Shown here: positions 61,248-64,000 of the stretch, piece after piece
Position numbering within the stretch: the stretch's first letter is position 1
How the letters are laid out: each line of letters opens with the position of its first letter
Source of the DNA: Candidatus Bathyarchaeota archaeon
Lineage (GTDB): Archaea > Thermoproteota > Bathyarchaeia > Bathyarchaeales > Bathycorpusculaceae
NCBI GenBank assembly: GCA_963717465.1
Contig: OY970340.1
Coordinates: 2,528,001 to 2,592,000 of the forward strand
DNA length: 64,000 nt
Direction: 5' to 3'
Position numbers and translations under genes: made by a program
Notes under the pieces: generated by a model
The model's input: only the letters and a program-made list of their open reading frames with translations
What the model was told of the DNA's origin: nothing
Databases searched by the model: none

Positions 61248-61943
61248 ATGAACGTAAATTTCGAATACAGCAAAACTCTGGCTGGTGAAGCGTCAATATT
61301 ACTCTTGCTCAGCATCATTCCTTACGTTGGCTGGATATTAGGCATAATCGGCATAGTTTTACTCCTAAACGCCATGAAAGAACTCTCAAACTACTACCAA
61401 GACCAAGAAATCTACCAAAACTCCCTAACAGGCGTCAAACATTACATTATCGCCTTGATTGCAAGTGGAGCAGCTATTGCATCAATAGTTGTTGGCATCG
61501 GGACTGCTACAGGCTTTACGTTTAAAGGTAGTTTTTTAACAACAGTAAATTTCGGAGTTGGTGTAGCAGCTTTTCTAATAGGAATCATCATTGCTGTTGT
61601 ATTCTACGTACTCGGAGCGTCTTATCTTAGAAGAACCTTCAATACGCTCGCTCAGAAATCAGAAGAACCATCATTTGCCACGGCGGGAACTTTACTTTGG
61701 TGGGGAGCTGTACTTACCATAATCCTAGTCGGCCTAATACTGATATTAATCGCTTGGATATTTGCAATAATAGGCTTCTTCAGAATGAAATCTCAACAAC
61801 ACCAACAATATCAACAATACAATCCACAACAGAATAGTTACACTCAACCTCCAACACAACCAGAGCAAGCAAAACCAATAGAAAATAAGTCAACAGAAAA
61901 GAAGCACTTGCCTCCAAATAATATTATGGAGATAGTTTTATGA
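61248..61943 (+). CDS. DUF996 family membrane protein
   Basis: GIIGIVLLL.AMK.LS.YY, F.TAG.L...GA.LTIILVG...AWI..IIGFF. Confidence 0.85.
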   Translation: MNVNFEYSKTLAGEASILLLLSIIPYVGWILGIIGIVLLLNAMKELSNYYQDQEIYQNSLTGVKHYIIALIASGAAIASIVVGIGTATGFTFKGSFLTTVNFGVGVAAFLIGIIIAVVFYVLGASYLRRTFNTLAQKSEEPSFATAGTLLWWGAVLTIILVGLILILIAWIFAIIGFFRMKSQQHQQYQQYNPQQNSYTQPPTQPEQAKPIENKSTEKKHLPPNNIMEIVL

Positions 61944-62500
61944 CCGAACAAAATGAGGCTGAAAGTGGCAATTACTGGAAGAGGTTCATAAGGAAACATT
62001 GGGCTATCTTTATAGTCTTTGTAGTGGCAGCCATTTTGGCTATTGTGGGCGGATTGGTTGTCTTTTTATGGTTCGTAGGTAATGCTCAATCAACTGGATT
62101 AGTTCCCTCAGTCCTCAGTTTGTGGACGATGAACAATGTTGTGCTTTTTATCCTGAATGCCATCTTTTGGGAACTTATCCTGATTGGAATACCCATAGCT
62201 ATAGGTGCATTGATAGGCTGGCTATGGTGGAAAAGACTACCATGGGAAGAGAAGAAAGGCGACAAATCCAGAAGTCGCTCAAGAGATTCAAGCGGAGGAT
62301 TTTCACTGCTACTGTTCATCGCATTCGCCATTAAAGTATACGTTGACGGAAACTGGAATACAGCCATATCAACGTTTACAGTCAACTACGTCGTAAACTC
62401 AGTAATTATGATACTAGTCTGGATAGCTGCAATATTCGCAATACCTGCAATAGTTGGACTCGTCTGGTGGATATATCACGACGAGAACAAAAAATCTTAA
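61940..62500 (+). CDS. Four-TM membrane protein
   Basis: Trp-rich hydrophobic helices; overlaps the DUF996 gene. Confidence 0.7.
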   Translation: MTEQNEAESGNYWKRFIRKHWAIFIVFVVAAILAIVGGLVVFLWFVGNAQSTGLVPSVLSLWTMNNVVLFILNAIFWELILIGIPIAIGALIGWLWWKRLPWEEKKGDKSRSRSRDSSGGFSLLLFIAFAIKVYVDGNWNTAISTFTVNYVVNSVIMILVWIAAIFAIPAIVGLVWWIYHDENKKS

Positions 62501-62561
62501 CCTTTTTCAATTAGGTAAAAAAAACCCTGCTGAATTAAAAAAAGAAAACTTGAAAAAAAGG

Positions 62562-63744
62562 TTATAGTTCTTCTTGTGGCAAACCAATCTTGCGTAGGTA
62601 ATCCTTGGCGTATTTTGGGTTGTATGCAAGCAGTTCTTTGCTTCTAAGCAGTCTTCGCTCAAGTCTATCCAAAGCTACCCTAAAAGTTGTTTCTATTCCC
62701 CAACCTTCGCCAGTGCTGAAAAATGAACCTTTTACTGTTCGAAACTGCAGCCTACAATGTATAAGTGGTGTTCCTCGAAGGCTCGTTGTGCCATGAGTTT
62801 TCATGTAAACAAACAATGTTCCCTGCGAAAAAGCATCCTGATACTTTCGACTGAAAGAATCAAATTCATCCATCATAAAACTCTGTTGATCAGGCGTGAT
62901 CTGAAGCCCTTTTAACCCAAACTGCACAGAAATCTTTTTGCGCTCAATTTCAAGCTGAGAAATCAACTCCAAAAAATCCAGCTTAGTCACGATTCCGACT
63001 AACTTATCGTTTAAGACGACAGCTAAACAGGAAATGTTGTGGTCATGCATCTTCTTCTCAGCTTCCTTTAAGCTTGTTTCGGGTTGAACAGTAATTACAG
63101 GACTAGTCATTATTCCCTTAGCAGGAATAGTTAACGTCTGAACCTTCTCCCCCACTACGTCACCAAGCGTTTGACGCGTTTGCGGTTGCAAAATATCTTC
63201 AAGAATATCCTGAATGCTCACAATACCCACAAGCTTTCCATTTTCCATAACTGGCACATGCGAGATTCCATACTCACGCAGCAAACTGAGCACTGCTCCA
63301 ACAGAACGATTCGCCTCAATCGTTTGCGGTGCACGAGTCATAATTTTTGAAATCTCAGTTTTTCCCCACTCCTGAGTAACCGCAGCATGAATAACATTCT
63401 CATCCGTGACAAAACCGACAACTTTCTCCTTTTCGACTATATGGAAGCTGCCTGATTCCACTTTCAATCATAAGCTTAGCTAATTTACTAATCGAATAAT
63501 CTAAGGTTACCCGTGGTGCAGCCTGCATTAGATTCTTCACTTTGCTTGTTGCAGGGTCAAGTCTTGACCTAATAATATATCGTCTTGTGATCACGCCTGT
63601 GTATCGACCCTTTTCATCAGTCACGGCCAAAACAGGAGGGATATCATTCTTGAACGGTTCAAGACAGCGCGATAACGTCTCATTTTCGTGCACCATACTA
63701 AATTGCTTTGTGTAAATGCTTTTTGCAAGAACTTGAGCCAACAT
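62562..63744 (-). CDS. Four-CBS-domain protein with C-terminal HPF/RaiA-like domain, frameshifted near 63440
   Basis: Repeated IM..P....LPV...KLVGIV CBS motifs; C-terminal CRLQFRT..GSF.STGEGW......VALDRLERRL. Confidence 0.8.
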
Positions 63745-64000
63745 TTTGTTACCTCAGAAGTCTAATGGTTAAAAGCACAACTAACTGGTTTAATTGAGGA
63801 AATTTTTGTTAGTTTAAAGCATAACTTGTCAGGGGTTGAGAAATTAGTTGGTAAAACGAATTGGAAAGGGTATGATAAAACATGCATAGAGTTTTTAACC
63901 TCACAAAAAAAGGGAACTGAACATACATATAAGTGTTTTTTGAAAAAGATTTTAGAGTTTAACTAACATGACTGTATGCCTAAGAAGAGAGCTTTGTTAC

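Overview
Archaeal genomic window. TTG starts, an AbrB-PhoU regulator, HTH_10 and DUF1724-type regulators, DUF996 and tRNA genes with encoded CCA suggest Bathyarchaeia; this is an inference. The left ~30 kb and right ~11 kb are mixed accessory genes: ABC-2 transporters, flavodoxins, a G1 glutamic peptidase, GT-C membrane proteins, CorA, UbiA, a DMSO-reductase-family pair, ArsS-like radical SAM and a CBS/HPF-like protein. Two identical tRNA-Thr(GGT) genes flank a HicBA toxin-antitoxin module, with tRNA-Leu(TAG) nearby. The main feature (~30.0-53.1 kb) is a phosphate-uptake locus (pstB, phoU remnant ... pstS, pstC, pstA, phoU). It encloses a co-oriented cluster of secreted proteins: six with cohesin-like modules (three membrane-anchored) and four with C-terminal dockerin-like modules, one being PstS itself. 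No catalytic domain is evident. This suggests a non-cellulosomal cohesin-dockerin surface assembly that tethers the phosphate-binding protein. Several genes are broken by small indels, which may be sequencing errors. All domain calls come from motif recognition by eye; no database searches were run.
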